Shown: positions 11,736-25,165, numbered from the stretch's first letter. The stretch is DNA of 64,000 nucleotides from Callorhinchus milii (GCF_018977255.1 NW_024704743.1:1798001-1862000); one strand, 5' to 3'. Numbers and translations are program-made. The notes: generated by a model from the letters alone, not told the origin.

Positions 11736-12767
11736 GTGATTGTCGACTGCCTGCAATCTCTCCGCTCGAAACAAGGCCACAGCTGTCAGACCCCGACCAA
11801 CCCAACACTCTCCCCCCCCACACCCCCCCCCCACTCCGCTGCATTTTGAACCCGTTTGTGCTAATTTCCGGGACACACTGGCTCCTCTGTGCAGGTGATG
11901 GGAGAGGAACACAGACTGTGCCTTCTCTCTCTCTCTCTCTCTCCCTCTCGTCTGACAGCAGCTGCAGAACAAACTGCACTGAAGGGACATATAATAGAGC
12001 GATGTAGACTTTCAAGGATATACTGCAAAGTGTGTTTTGTTTTGTGGGCAAAACACAGCAGCCAATTTACACACAGCAAAGTCCCACAAACAGTCACGAA
12101 ACATAAATGATTGATTTTTATTTTGGAGGCCAGGAGGGAAAGGGGTAGGAGGGCGTCCGAAGGCGTTGGAGTTGGTGGAAGAGGAGGGTCTCGAAGGAGG
12201 CGAGGGAGCGGGGGGGTGCGAAATGGAGGGTGTTACCAGCTGAGCTCATGTAATATGATGCAATATTATTGCAGCGCCTTTTGGGACGTCCGCCCGACGT
12301 GAAAGGCGCTCTATAAATGGAATCCTGTTGTTGTTGTATTAAAGCCATATTTTATAATACAGCCATATTATAGAGAGCCACAGGGAGTAAGACCAATAGA
12401 CGACAGCTGGAGCACAGTACCACTCCTACATCCTTGAAGAGGCCTCATTTGAGTTGAAGAACAGTAAACGACTAATTCGCATTAATCTTGTAAATGGGGG
12501 GAAATAAGACACTAATGACACTGTTGCCTCATGAGAGATCGGATCGCGGTGAGGAAAAGCAGTTTTCTGGTTTCGGGATGTTCACGGGCCAGGCTCGTCG
12601 GGCAAAAAATAAACGTTTTGAAGCTCGTATTCGGTCATTTGCTGTAGTGAAATTTCCAATAGCTCTATCATGGTACAGCAGAGGTCAATGCATTTCCTCT
12701 TGGCATACTGTCCCTACTGTCTTTACGTTCTGTACCCGCCAGTGCTTACGCCCAATATCGTATTATG

Positions 12768-13130
12768 TCCTGTAGCTCAGGGGTTAGAGCACTCGCCTGG
12801 CAAGCGAGAGGGCATGGGTTCGATTCCTGGGCTGGGCGAAACGTTGGGCAAGTTTCTTTAGTCCACACACACGCCTCTGTTTATCCGGCAGTCAGCAGGA
12901 GCCCGGTTGTCAATCGAGTGGCGGATCCGGGGGTAATAAATCCTTCGAAGAAAAAATTCTAATAATAATTTGGTCGCTCAACCCACGGCTGTTTGTGGGG
13001 ACGCTGCTGTGCGCAATTGGCCGCCGCGTTTCGCCCTCAAAATATACGGTCAATTCACTTGAAACTATATTCTGTGAAGCGCTTTCTGTGAGACTTCTCA
13101 GTCACACGATCAGGTGCTATATCAAACGCG
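12768..13130 (+). mobile_element. Same SINE family, diverged
   Basis: Head, body and degraded tail. Confidence 0.85.
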
Positions 13131-13276
13131 AAACTCACCAGCCAGCTGCGCACAGCAGAGTCCCCACAAACAGTCATGGATTGAGTGGAGTCATTGGACC
13201 AAAAAGAAAAGCATCATTTCTTCTTGCTAGAATAGGGATGTGAGATGAAATTCCATACGCAGGCCGGCAGGCAGGC

Positions 13277-14850
13277 AACAACAACAACAACAAGATTTCA
13301 TTTATAGAGCGCCTTTCACGTCGGGAGGACGTCCCAAAGCGCTGTACAGTTAAGTCAGGACCCGAGCATTGGGGGGAAATGGTCAGGGTGAGGGGAGGGA
13401 AGGGAGGGAGCGAGGAGGGGGAAATGGTCACGGTGAGGGGAGGGAAGGGAGGGGGCGAGGAGGGGGTAGAGAGTCGAGAGGAGAGCTGAAGGCTGAAGGT
13501 CAAAGAGGAAGGTCTTGAGACCGGCCTTGAAGGAGGAAAGGGAGGAGGCGGCGAAGGCACTGGGGATGGAGTTCCAGAGCCTCGGGGCTGAAAGGCTGAA
13601 GGCCCGGCCACCGATGGTAGGGCGGTTGGGGCGGGGGATGTGGAGCAGACCGGAGCCAGAGGAACGGAGGCTACGGGCAGGTAGGTGGGGATAGTAGGTT
13701 GGAGAGTTAGGAGGGAGCGAGGCCGTGAATGGCCTTGTAGGTGAGGATGAGGATCTTGAATTCGATCCTCTGGGGGATGGGGAGCCAGTGGAGGCGAGCG
13801 AGGGTGAGGGTGAGGGTGAGGGCGAGGGCGAGGGTGAGGGCGAGGGTGGGAGTGATGTGGTCGCGGTGTCTGGTGCGGGACAGTACAGGAGCTGCAGAGT
13901 TCTGAATGACCTGCAGTGTGGAGGGAGGGCCGGGAAGGCCGGCGAGGAGAGAGTTCCCATAGTCCGGCCTTGAGGTGATAAAGGTGTGGACCAGAGTTTC
14001 AGCCGCGTGAGGGGTGAGGTAGTGCTGTAGTCTGGCGATATTCCGGAGGTGATGGAAGGCAGTGCCAGTTGTGGTGCGGATATGAGGGAGAAAGGACAGC
14101 TCAGGGTCGAACAGAACGCTGAGGTTCCTGATGGCTTTGAGAGGTGGAGAGTGCGGAGCTGATGCTGTCAGTGCCTGAGGTGCGGAGGCGCTGACGTGAG
14201 CCAATCAGGAGGGCCTCAGTTTTGCGCACGTTGAGCTGAAGAAAGTTGTCTCTCGTCCAGGACTCGATGTCGGACAGACAGCTGTCAGGACATCGGGGGT
14301 CGTGGAGTTGAGGGTAGAGGAGGAAAGGTAGAGTTGGGTGTCATCCGCATACATGTGGGAGTGAACCCCATGTGGAAGTTAACCCCATGTGGGAGTGAAC
14401 CCCATGTCTGCGGATGATGTCACCACATGGGGAGCATATAGAGGGTGGAGAGGAGGGGACCGAGGACAGAGCCCTGAGGGACACCGCACGAGACAGTGCG
14501 GGGGGGGGAGGAAAAGCAGTTTGTAGAAACAAAGTGAAGACGGTGGGAGAGGTACGACCTAAACCACTCAAGGACAGGGCCTTGAAGGTTGAGGTGGGAG
14601 GACAAGCGGTGGAGGAGGATAGAGTGGTCGACCGTATCGAATGCTGCCGATAGGTCGAGGAGGACGAGGAGGCAGAGGGAGCCCTGGTCGCAGATGGTCA
14701 GGATGTCATTGGTGACCTTGACCAGGGCAGTTTCTGTGCTATGGGCAGCACCGAAACCCGACTGAAGGGGTTCGAATAATGAATGGGTGGAGAGGAAAGA
14801 GCGCAGCTGGGAGGCCACAACTCGTGCAGTCAGGCAAGGGCTGAGCACCA
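13277..14850 (-). mobile_element. 5'-truncated L2-clade LINE, same family as 7991-9245
   Basis: [46 protein letters not shown] and YADD motifs; same 3'UTR and tail. Confidence 0.95.
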
Positions 14851-14929
14851 GAAAGGTTCACCTGGACAATTCGACTGTCTATAAGTCCCGCGGTAGCTTT
14901 TGACCCAGCGGATATCAGACCTTGTCTCA

Positions 14930-15336
14930 AAGTGGTTCGAGCACTCGCCTCGCAAGCGAGAGGACCCGGGTTCGATTCCCGGGCAGGTCAGGGCGTAACG
15001 TTGGGCAAGTTTCCTCACTACACACACACACACACACACACCTCTGTTTACCGGCAGTCAGTAGGAACCCGGTTGTTAGTCGATTGGCGGATCGCTATTC
15101 TGGGGATAATAAGCCTTCAAAAATATATATATAATAATAATTTGGTCACTTCAATCCATGGCTGTTTGTGGGGACGCTGCTGTGCGCAATTGGCTGCCAC
15201 ATTTTGCCCGCAAAACCCACAGTCGATTCACTTTCCAGTGTGTCCTGTGAACCGCTTTGAGACGTCTCGAAGACGTGATCAGGCGCTGTGTCAAATGCCA
15301 GGATTATTACTACTATTATTATTATTATTATTATTA
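14930..15336 (+). mobile_element. Same SINE family, near full length
   Basis: Head to (ATT)n tail. Confidence 0.9.
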
Positions 15337-16611
15337 AAGGCACGCTCCCTATGAACCAGTCCAGTTGAGACTGAACAAGGTGACCAGATGCTTTGTCCTG
15401 ACTGGCTTTCCTTGACAGTAGTGCGTGCGGTGGTTATGTGATGGCTCCAGCTCTGCGATGCTCAGGCCACGTAAGCTTGAATCAACTCAGCAGACAGTTT
15501 CCAAGCCCGTGTTTCTGTGCGTCCTTCTGCGCTGAGGCCTGTGCTCGCGAGGAGCTAATCTAAAATTAATTCCGCTTCTCTGGCTGCACACAAGCTGCAA
15601 ACAAGATGTGGCTCGACTAGTAATGTGAGCATCTGCACATGGGAAATATTGGGCAGGGGAAACCCAAACTCAGCAACGTCGCTCTGTGCTGATCCTGTAC
15701 CATTCAAAAAGCAAGTGCAAGGATCGTAGTCATACTTTATAACTAATAATAATTGCATTTGATGCAGAGCCTTTGCCTTGTCATCGAGACGTCTCACAGC
15801 GCTTCACACAATACACCGTACAGTGGATTGAGTGACTCGTTTTTTTGCGGGGGTGGGGGGGTGGGAGGATTTACCCCCGATTGGCGGGTTCCTACTTACT
15901 GCTGGTAAACAGAGGCGCGTGTGTGGCGTAAGGAAACTTGCCCAACGTTTCGCCCTGACCGGGAATCGAACCCAGGTCCTCTCGCTTGCGCTCTAACCAA
16001 AGAGTTTAAGATAAAGATGTGGGTGGGGTGGGGGGGGGGTGGGGGTGTTGTGGCGGGGGGGGGGGAGGGTCGTGGGAAAGACCCTCTAAATTTCACTCCC
16101 TCTTGCATAAATGCCCACTTCCACTCGGCTTGCCTTGGAACGAAACGTAGACAAGACAAGGCCAGGGCTCTCGAGACAACATTTCCATTAGAGGCAGCCG
16201 CCATCAGGTCAGGTAAAGCTTCCCTTTTATGGGTCCATTAAGTACGGTGGGTAAGTAAGCAAAGAGGACGGCAGCCAGGCTCGTTCCAGGAAAATTCATT
16301 ATTAATGGAAATCCATTCAGGAAAAGAGGCAAATGTCTTTGCTGAATCGCTCGGCAAAGAATGTAAGGAGCAGAAGGTGCTTAATGGCTTGCAATAGAAT
16401 AACTTCTCTACATGTGAAATAACAAACTCAGGCTTCGAAACTGGCTTCGCTTCAATTTGCTTGCATCGCTTGTCTTTTGGGGCTGGAATGGGCAAAGCAC
16501 AGTAATGCGTGATTCAGAGGATAAGTAAAATACAGCAGGTGTCCAGGCTGATCCTCACAACTGCAGCAACAAATTTACATTTACACTTAATTTGCATTTA
16601 CATTTAATTTA

Positions 16612-16895
16612 CAGTCCTTTGTAGCTCAGCGGTTAGAGCCCTCGCCTCGCGAGCGAGCGAGAGGACCCGGGCAGGTCAGGGGGAAACGTTGGGCAAGTTT
16701 CCTCACTCCACACACACTCACACACGCGCCTCTGTTTGCCGGCAGTCAGTAGGAACCCGGTTGTTAGTCGATTGGCGGATCGCTTTGCCGGGGGTAATAA
16801 TCCCTTCAAAATAAAATAACAATAATAATTTGGTCACTCAACCCGTGGCTGTTTGTGGGGACGCTGCCGTCAAAATACACAGTCGCTTCACTCTC
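16612..16895 (+). mobile_element. Same SINE family with internal deletions
   Basis: Head lacks the B-box loop; body truncated. Confidence 0.8.
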
Positions 16896-18427
16896 CACGT
16901 GATAAACCGCACCACTCCTCTCCCCCTGCGCCACTTCCCGAGGTTCCGCTCTGCATCCCAGCTAAATCCCGATGCTTCCCTTTGCAATTACTGTCAGCAT
17001 AAATTCAACTCAGCTGTGCATTCACTCAAAAACCACTCAGTGCGGCAAATTTCGCCTTTTAAAGTGAATCAAGCCTCATGTTGTGCTTTTGCACAACACA
17101 GATGATTGCAATTTATTTCTCCGCGTTATCTCCCCATCATCTCCCCATTTGGTCCCCGTAATGTAATCCTTTTATGCTGCAAACATTCTCATCGCCGCAG
17201 CAGCCGAGATGCAGGATTGAAATCCGTCCTCACCTGCAGCTTCGGGGTTGTTGACGCAGTCGGGCTCCGTTGCGCACAGCGCGGAGCAAAGTCTAAGGCT
17301 TTTTTTTTATATATACTGAAAGTTACAAGATGTAGGACAGATCCCCTGCTGGCGTTCTCCCCGGGGGTCGGTGCGGGTTGGGGGGCGGCTGCGTTGGCTC
17401 GGAATGTCTCCCTAAAAATGGGCCACTTAAATAAAAACAAGAACCGCCACCAATCAGGCTGGCGTAGCGGCCCTCACGTCGGAAAGACGTCCCCGGTCGT
17501 TGGACAGACACACACAACGGCTCAAGTCGTTGGCACAGAGAATGGTGGTCATTGCTGTGAGTCGCTGCTCTGTGCCCTCGCCCCTCGTTATCTCTCTCCG
17601 ATCCCCTCAAGCCCCGCCGCTCTGCTCACCTCGCCTCAGCGCACGCAGTCTTGCTGTGCGTTCCCTGCACATCCCTAACCTCTGGAGCTCACTGTCTCCA
17701 ACTCTCAGTCTTTCCCCTCCCCCCCCAGAACCCACCACCCCGACACCCCCCCTCCACACCAACCCCCACCCTCTGCTGTTCTTCAGCGAGACGTTAATCC
17801 GAGGCCCCACCCGCTTGTTCAGGTGGAGGTTAAAGATCCGGTGGTGCTATTCAGACACCCGAGGGAGGTGTCTCCCTGTCCAACATTCCCCCGGATCAGA
17901 GTGTCCATTGACAAGAACAGAAGACGAAAAACCACCCAAGATCCATCCAGTTCTCCTCCCGCCTCCCTGGTGGGGGCTGGCACACTGCCTACGTACTTCA
18001 CGCTTGTTTTGGGTGACATTGGTGCGTGTAAAACTGTGGCTTCCTCGTTCGTTTGCCTACGAAATACATTCGGTGCGCCCTCACAGTAAATCCGGTGAGT
18101 TGCTTTGAGACGGACTCCCTTGGAAAGCGCAGCATCAAACGCAAGGTTTACCCCGATCAAAAGAAATGAAGATTTCATTGCGCAAAATTACCTTCCAACC
18201 GCATTTGACAGCCGCAGATTTAGCAACTCAATCCTTCGGATGAAGCAACACATTCGGGAACATTATTCGCAATGAAGTCAATCATAAATGAAGTCGATAA
18301 AAGGCTGAAAGACAGAATCTCCAGTCTTGACGCTTACGTTCACCGCGTCCTAAAACAGAGGATAAGGTGGCAGAGGCCAGAAATTCCGTCCGGTTCTTAG
18401 CTGGGAGAGCTAAGTGCGTGTGTGTGT

Positions 18428-18435
18428 CACACACT

Positions 18436-18470
<35 letters not shown>

Positions 18471-18482
18471 ACACACACTGAC

Positions 18483-18514
<32 letters not shown>

Positions 18515-18959
18515 ACACACACACACACTAACACACACACACACTGACACACACACACAAACACTCACATACATTCATACACACACATTGACACACACAC
18601 ACTGATACACACACACACACAGACACACACATTGACACACACACACTCATACACACACTGACACACACACACTCACACACACACGCATTGACACACACAC
18701 TCACACACACAGATGCACTGACACACACTCACTAACACACACTGACACACACACACACTCACTGACACACACACACACTGACACACACACTCACACACAC
18801 ATACACACTGACACACATACACACTGACACACACACTCACAGACACACTGACACACACTCACTAACACACACTGACACACACACACACACACTGACACAC
18901 ATACACACTGACACACACACTCACAGACACACTGACACACACTCACTAACACACACACA
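18428..18959 (+). repeat. Complex (CA)n / CACTGA-interrupted microsatellite
   Basis: Visible directly. Confidence 0.95.
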
Positions 18960-19869
18960 AGCCGAGACATCCATTATTCAGCGCACACTCATTAATGTGA
19001 TAAAATTACAGACTTGGTCACTTTGCTTGTCTTTGGCAACATGAAGTCAGGAGAACTTTATACCAATTAACGTGATAAAGATCAATAGCCTTTATGGGTT
19101 CGAAGGGCTCAGAGACATTAACAAGGTTTCTGCATTAGAAGAATTACCAGTTTATCCCACGAGTCACTTTTGCCAATTTATATCAGGCCGTTCCTTTCGC
19201 TCGTTCACCAACACTTTACGCAGATTTATCTGTTCGAATCCGATCGGTTTCCTTTCCCGTCCGTTGTAACTTCACTGTTGCTTAATTATTATTGAGTTTT
19301 GTACGCAAAAAAAAAGATATGTTCGGGTCACTTCAACGCTAGGCTGTTTGTGTGGGACGCTGCGCTGCGCAATTGGCCGCCGCGTTTCGCCCACAAAACA
19401 CACTGTCACTACACTTTACAGTGTATCCTGTGAAGCCCTTTGAGACGTCTCGAAGTCGTGATGAGGCGCTGTGTCAAACGCCGGGATTATTTATTGTTAT
19501 ATTATTCTTTGTTCCAGGGGAAAAAGGCCCAATAAACCTTCCATCGCTGCACAAACCAAAGCACGATGTTAGATATTCCGGTCTCATCCTCAGTAATATC
19601 ACTTTATAATCCTTTTGCCCCATGCAGTGCCATTGACTGTGCGGACTGTGTGTGCTCTGAGAATGAAAAGATTATCATACATTTTAAATACCAGATAAAG
19701 TCATTTCACCTCTATAATGGGCCAAATTTCCCCACTGCCTCCTTAATCTTAGGGGAACGTGCATTCTACAGTTTTAAGTATTGCCTTTTATGACTTTACA
19801 AAATAAACCCAGATAATAGACTTCATCCGCATTTCGTCTGGTTTCAGGTTAGCCTTTGATAGCGCTCGC

Positions 19870-20213
19870 GCAATAATAATTTGGTCACTCAATCCACGTC
19901 TTCGAGACGTCTCAAAGCACTTCACCAGCATGTACTGTGAAGTGGATTGACTGCATATTCTGTGGGCGAAACGCGGCAGCCGATTGCGCACGGCGGCGTC
20001 CCCCACAAGCAGCCGCAGGTCGAGTGACCGCACTATTATTTGTTTTAAAAAGGGATTATTCCCCCCGGAAAAGCGATCCGTCAATCGGGAACCCGCTGAC
20101 TGCTGGTAAACAGAGGCGTGCGTGTGGAGTAAGGAAACTTGCCCGACGTTTCGCCCTGCAGAGAATCAAACCTTGCTTGCGAGGCGAGAGCTCTAACCAC
20201 TGAGCTACAGGTC
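19870..20213 (-). mobile_element. Same SINE family, diverged
   Basis: Reverse complement of head and body. Confidence 0.8.
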
Positions 20214-20882
20214 TTTCTTGATGTCCTTGTCGTCTTTCATCCCGATACAATTGATTGCTCGCTTCACGGCTGTTTGTAGGACATGGCTGCGTGCAGATCG
20301 GGCTACCGCTTTCTCCGACAAAATACACAGTCGCGACGTCTGCAGTGAATCCTGCGAGGATGTTTGGACGGCGTGATAAAAGCCGCGGTATCAAACGCAA
20401 GGATTATTATTATTAAAACAAATAATACCAATAAAGCTGGCGTCTTTCCATCCCGCTAATTAAATTAACTGCGTGCCACTTTCCACTCGCAATCTGCCCA
20501 CCACCGCTTTTGAATTGCCGTGTTGCAGATGCACAATAATTATGTGTCTTTAGATTAGGTTTCTCTACCTTGTAACACTGTTTATTTTGTGTGGGTAATA
20601 GATCCCAGCAGGAAAAGATAATTACTAGTTGGCTCCTGGGTTAGATCAAAGCAGTTTACGGTCCGACACACAACACTCTCCTGTTCCTCACTTCCGATGA
20701 TCTAAATGGTGGAGGTGATGATGCATTCTGCGCGTGAGTTAGAGGCGATGACTTGTGCGGGTGTTGTCGTACCTGGCAGGGTGGGGGCGGTCAGCGTATT
20801 TAGTTGTAGTCAATTTGCAGTAAATCCTCTTCCACGCTTTTGAGACGCTACCCCTCGCGAAGGCAGCCCTATAAATGCATTT

Positions 20883-21293
20883 GGAGTCCCTGTAGCTCAG
20901 TGGTCAGAGCCCTCGCCTCCCGAGCGAGAGGACCCGGGTTCGATTCCCGGGCAGGTCAGGGCGAGACATTGGGCAAGTTTCCTCACTCCGCACACACACA
21001 CACACACACACACACACGCGCCTCTGTTTACCGGCAGTCAGTAGGAACCCGGTTGTTAGTTGATTGGCGAATCACTTTTCTGGGGATAATAATAATTTGG
21101 TCACTTCAGTCCGCGGCTGTTTGTGGGGACGTTGCTGTGCGCAATCGGCTGCCGCGTTTCGCCCACAAAATACACAGTCAATTCAACTTTGCAGTGTTAT
21201 CCTGTGAAGCGCTTTGAGACGTCTCGAAGACGTGATGAGTAACGCGCTGTATCAAATGCAAGGATTATTATTATTATTTCTATTATTATTATT
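20883..21293 (+). mobile_element. Same SINE family, full length
   Basis: ggagtccctgtagctcag to (ATT)n tail. Confidence 0.92.
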
Positions 21294-22153
21294 AGGGTGC
21301 TAGCGACTGAGTCAGCCTGACATTTGCGTAATCCATGACCTTGCTGTGCATTTACCCTTAAAGATTGCAGTCCGCAGATGTTGATTTGAAAGCAGTTGAC
21401 TGTGGGTACGTACGTACGCACATCACAGCGCTCTTGCTATCCACTCAAGCGCGCTGGCAGTGATTAATTTGTGGTGTTGTAGGGTTTTTTTTACAACAAT
21501 TAAGCCTTAGCGCAGTTATGTAATTAACTATAAATAGTTAAAGGCCCTGGATTACGGGATTAGTCACGCATTTTGCCATGTGAAAATAGAACAGAAATAG
21601 CTATTGAATGAGTAACGTGGTAACGGCTGCCATGGTGATTGAAGTTTACGGTGAAAACCATGCGAGTTTTGCTGGTTGGTTACACTTCCCGACAGTGTCC
21701 CTAACACGCGCTCTGGTGACCCTCACACCAACCTTCCCCCGATACTCTCCGGAATTAGGTGAGAGCCCATTCCCTCCGCTCCGCGGGCTCCGGCCTGCTT
21801 CAAGCTCCCCCCACCCCCACCATCGACCAGTGGACCTTCTGCCCTAACCCTCTGGAAATCCATCCCACAGATCCTCCGCCTCGCACCCCCCCACTCCCTC
21901 CCTCCCTCTCTCCCTCCCTCCCTCCCTCCCTCCCTCCTTCCCTCGCCTCCTTCAATACCCGTCTCAAGGCCCTCCTCTTCCAACCGCGCCTTCGGTCACC
22001 CTCCCACCCCCTCCCGATCCCAACCACCAGCTCGGGTGCAGATCCCTGACTGTCCAGCGCCTTAGGACATCCTCCTGACATGAAAGGCACTGGGTCAATA
22101 AATCTTGTTGTTGTGGGATGTTGCTGTGTTGAAATTGGTTGCCGTGTTCACCT

Positions 22154-22506
22154 ACAACAACAACAACAACAACAACAACAAGATTCCATTTATAGAGCGC
22201 CTTTCACGTCGGGAGGACATCCCATGGCGCTGTACAGTTGGGTCAGGACCCGAGCATTGGGGGGAAATGGTCAGGGTGACGGGAGGAAGGGAGGGAGCGA
22301 GGAGGGGGAAATGGTCAGGGGGAGGGAAGGGAGGGAGCGAGGAGGGGGGAAATGGTCAGGGTGAGGGGAGGGAAGGGAGGGAGCGAGGAGGGGGTAGAGA
22401 GTCGAGAGGGGAGCTGAAGGCTGAAGGTCAAAGAGAAAGGTCTTGAGACCGGCCTTGAAGGAGGAAAGGGAGGAAGCGGCGAAGGCACTGGGGATGGAGT
22501 TCCAGA
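22154..22506 (-). mobile_element. L2 3' fragment nested in a SINE body
   Basis: (CAA)n tail, stem-loop, tandem 3'UTR units and WNSIPSAFAASSLSSFKAGLKTFLFD; SINE sequence on both sides. Confidence 0.9.
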
Positions 22507-23565
22507 CAAAATACACAGTCACTGCATTTCACAGTAAAATGCCTCAGTGGCGTTTGCAACAATCCCCCAACCATGAAAGGCGCTACAAAAAGTGTAAGGA
22601 TTATTATTAATATTGTTATTATTGTTGTTTGTTATCAGAAGGCAGTCTTTCACAGAGGAATATTAATGAAGGGGATGGCAGTGCGCAAATCCCAGTGCTG
22701 CGATCCCAATGACACTTGTCAGTGAGGGAATCAAGAATGGCTTCTGCCGAGAAAAACCAGAACGTAAGGTGGCGGTCAGTAATAATAATAATGATAATAA
22801 CAATCCTGGCATTTGATACGGCGCCTCATCACGTCTTCGAGACGTCTCAAAGCGCTTACACAGGATACACTGTAAAGTGAATTAACTGTATATTTTGTCC
22901 CACAAACAGAGGCAAGAACTAGTTGTGCCACATAGCATGTTTCTTTGCTGTATTGCTATGCGTATCTGTGTAATTAAGTGAGGATCAAGCTTAATACATT
23001 TAACCACATGCTCTCTGGGTCACTGCTCAACAAGTTAAATAAGTGTCTTTCCTTTTCCCAGATCAATAATGAATAACGTGCGCTGTTGTCAGGACAACAT
23101 TTTCGCAATGAATTAAAATTCCAGTGCCTATGCACAGCCCTGCGGTTCCCCAGAGACTCGCTAACTGGAAGCCTGGGATGCAATTCATTTAGCGAAATGG
23201 TCGTATTAACTCACTCTCCTTCCCAACCGCTCCAAGTCTTTCATTTCATAGCAAGTGACGCTTTTATTTCATTATTTAAGAATGTGGTCCATCAATCCCC
23301 GATTGCTTGTGGGACGCTGCTGTGCGCCATTCGACCCCAAAACACGCAGTCGCTACACTTCACAGTATCTCCCGTGAAGCTCTTTGAGACGCCTCAACAA
23401 CTTGATGAGGCTCTGTATCAAATGCAAGAATTATTGTTATTATTTCCTCTGCGATGTCTGTGTCTCTGACTCCTCTCGAGGCCTGCGATTCTCTCAAAAT
23501 CTCACCCATGATATCATCCGGGAACATTTGATTTGGATTGAGATAATCTTAGGCAACGGTGGAGC

Positions 23566-23596
<31 letters not shown>

Positions 23597-24000
23597 CGGC
23601 TGAGTCCAAAACACTTATTATTTGGAACGTAATGAGAATGTGGGTTTGAAACGGGCGATAAATGTTCAATTACTGTCCGATCAGAAACTCTACCATTAAC
23701 TTCCGAGCAGAAGTTCAGACAGCCGCTAATCTTATCAATATTGCTCGCATTTAACAGCGGGTGTTAATCAGTGGAGATTGGCTGCCTTGTTTGCCCACAA
23801 AACAAAATGACACAGTCATCCAGTCCTTCGAGACGTCTCAATGACGTGATGAGGCGTTATATCAAATGCAACGATTATAACTACAGGTAACAGCAGTTTC
23901 CTGTCAAGTTCTTTGAAATCTATTGGCACTGTATTGTTTGGACATTGACAAAATGCACAGTCGCTACACTTTACAGTGAATCCTACAAAGAACTGCTCAG

Positions 24001-24277
24001 ATAATAATAATAATAATCCTGGCATTTGATACAGCGCCTTATCACGTCCTTGAGACGTCTCAAAGCGCTTCAAGGAATATACTGCAAAGTGTAGTGACTG
24101 TGTAATTTGTGGGTGAAACGCGGCAGCCAATTGTGCACAGCAGCGTCCCAACAAACAGCCGTGGATTGAAGTGACCAAATTATTATTATTTTTTAAAAAA
24201 GGGATTATTAGCCCCGAAAAAGCGATCCGCCAATTGACTAACAACCGGGTTCCTACTGACTGCCGGTAAACAGAGGC

Positions 24278-24312
<35 letters not shown>

Positions 24313-24413
24313 GAGTGAGGAAACTTGCCCAATGTCTCGCCCTGACCTGCCTGGGAATCGAACCCGGGTCCTCTCGCTTGCGAGGCGAGGGCTCTAACCC
24401 CTGAGCTACGGGA
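24001..24413 (-). mobile_element. Same SINE family, full length
   Basis: (TAA)n tail to head on the minus strand. Confidence 0.92.
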
Positions 24414-24849
24414 TCTTTAGCATCCACCTGGACAAACAAACATGGACCTGGGTTCAATGACTCACCTGAAGGACGGCACCTCCAACAATGCAGTGCCCCC
24501 AACCCCCGACCCCCAACCTGCTCATCGCTCCCTGATTGCTTTTAAGTTTACGACAAGTCAAGAGAAAAAGCTTTCTAACAGGGAACGGAATTGTTATAAA
24601 CTGGGAAGTGCGAGAATGTGCGTTACAGCCTCTAATGCCTCTTTTCATTAGTTTAATTAAACTCTGTCTGTTATGACTGCAGACAACCGGCCTGTAAATC
24701 ACCCACACATCATACAGAGGTCTTAACCCGCTGGTTGTGAGGAGATAAATGGCATTGATATGGGCTGTTGAACTTGCTGTATCTGACCTGTTACACCAGC
24801 CTTTCCAAAAGAAGCATAAATTTATCACCGAAATTTAATTGAGTCTGAC

Positions 24850-25165
24850 AAGCGAGAGGACCCGGGTTCGATTCCCAGGTCAGGGCGAAACACTGGGCAA
24901 GTTCCTTTACTCCACACACACTCCTCTGTTTGCCCGGCAGTCAGTAGGAACCCGGTTGCTAGTCAATTGGTGGGGGCTTTTCCAGGGATAATAACTCCTC
25001 AAAAAGAAATGTGGTCACTCAATCCCACGGCAGTTTGTGGGGACGCTGCTGTGTGCAGTTGGCGGCCGCGTTTCGCCCACAAAACACACGGTCACTGCAC
25101 TTTACAGGATGTAAAGTCGAAGACCTGATCAGGCGTTGGCTCAAATGCGAGGACTATTATTATGA
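24850..25165 (+). mobile_element. Same SINE family, 5'-truncated
   Basis: Begins within the tRNA head. Confidence 0.82.

Noticed and set aside
16229..16256. ATG...TGG|GTAAGT possible first exon
   Set aside because: Phase 1, incompatible with phase-0 exon 2; no recognisable homology.
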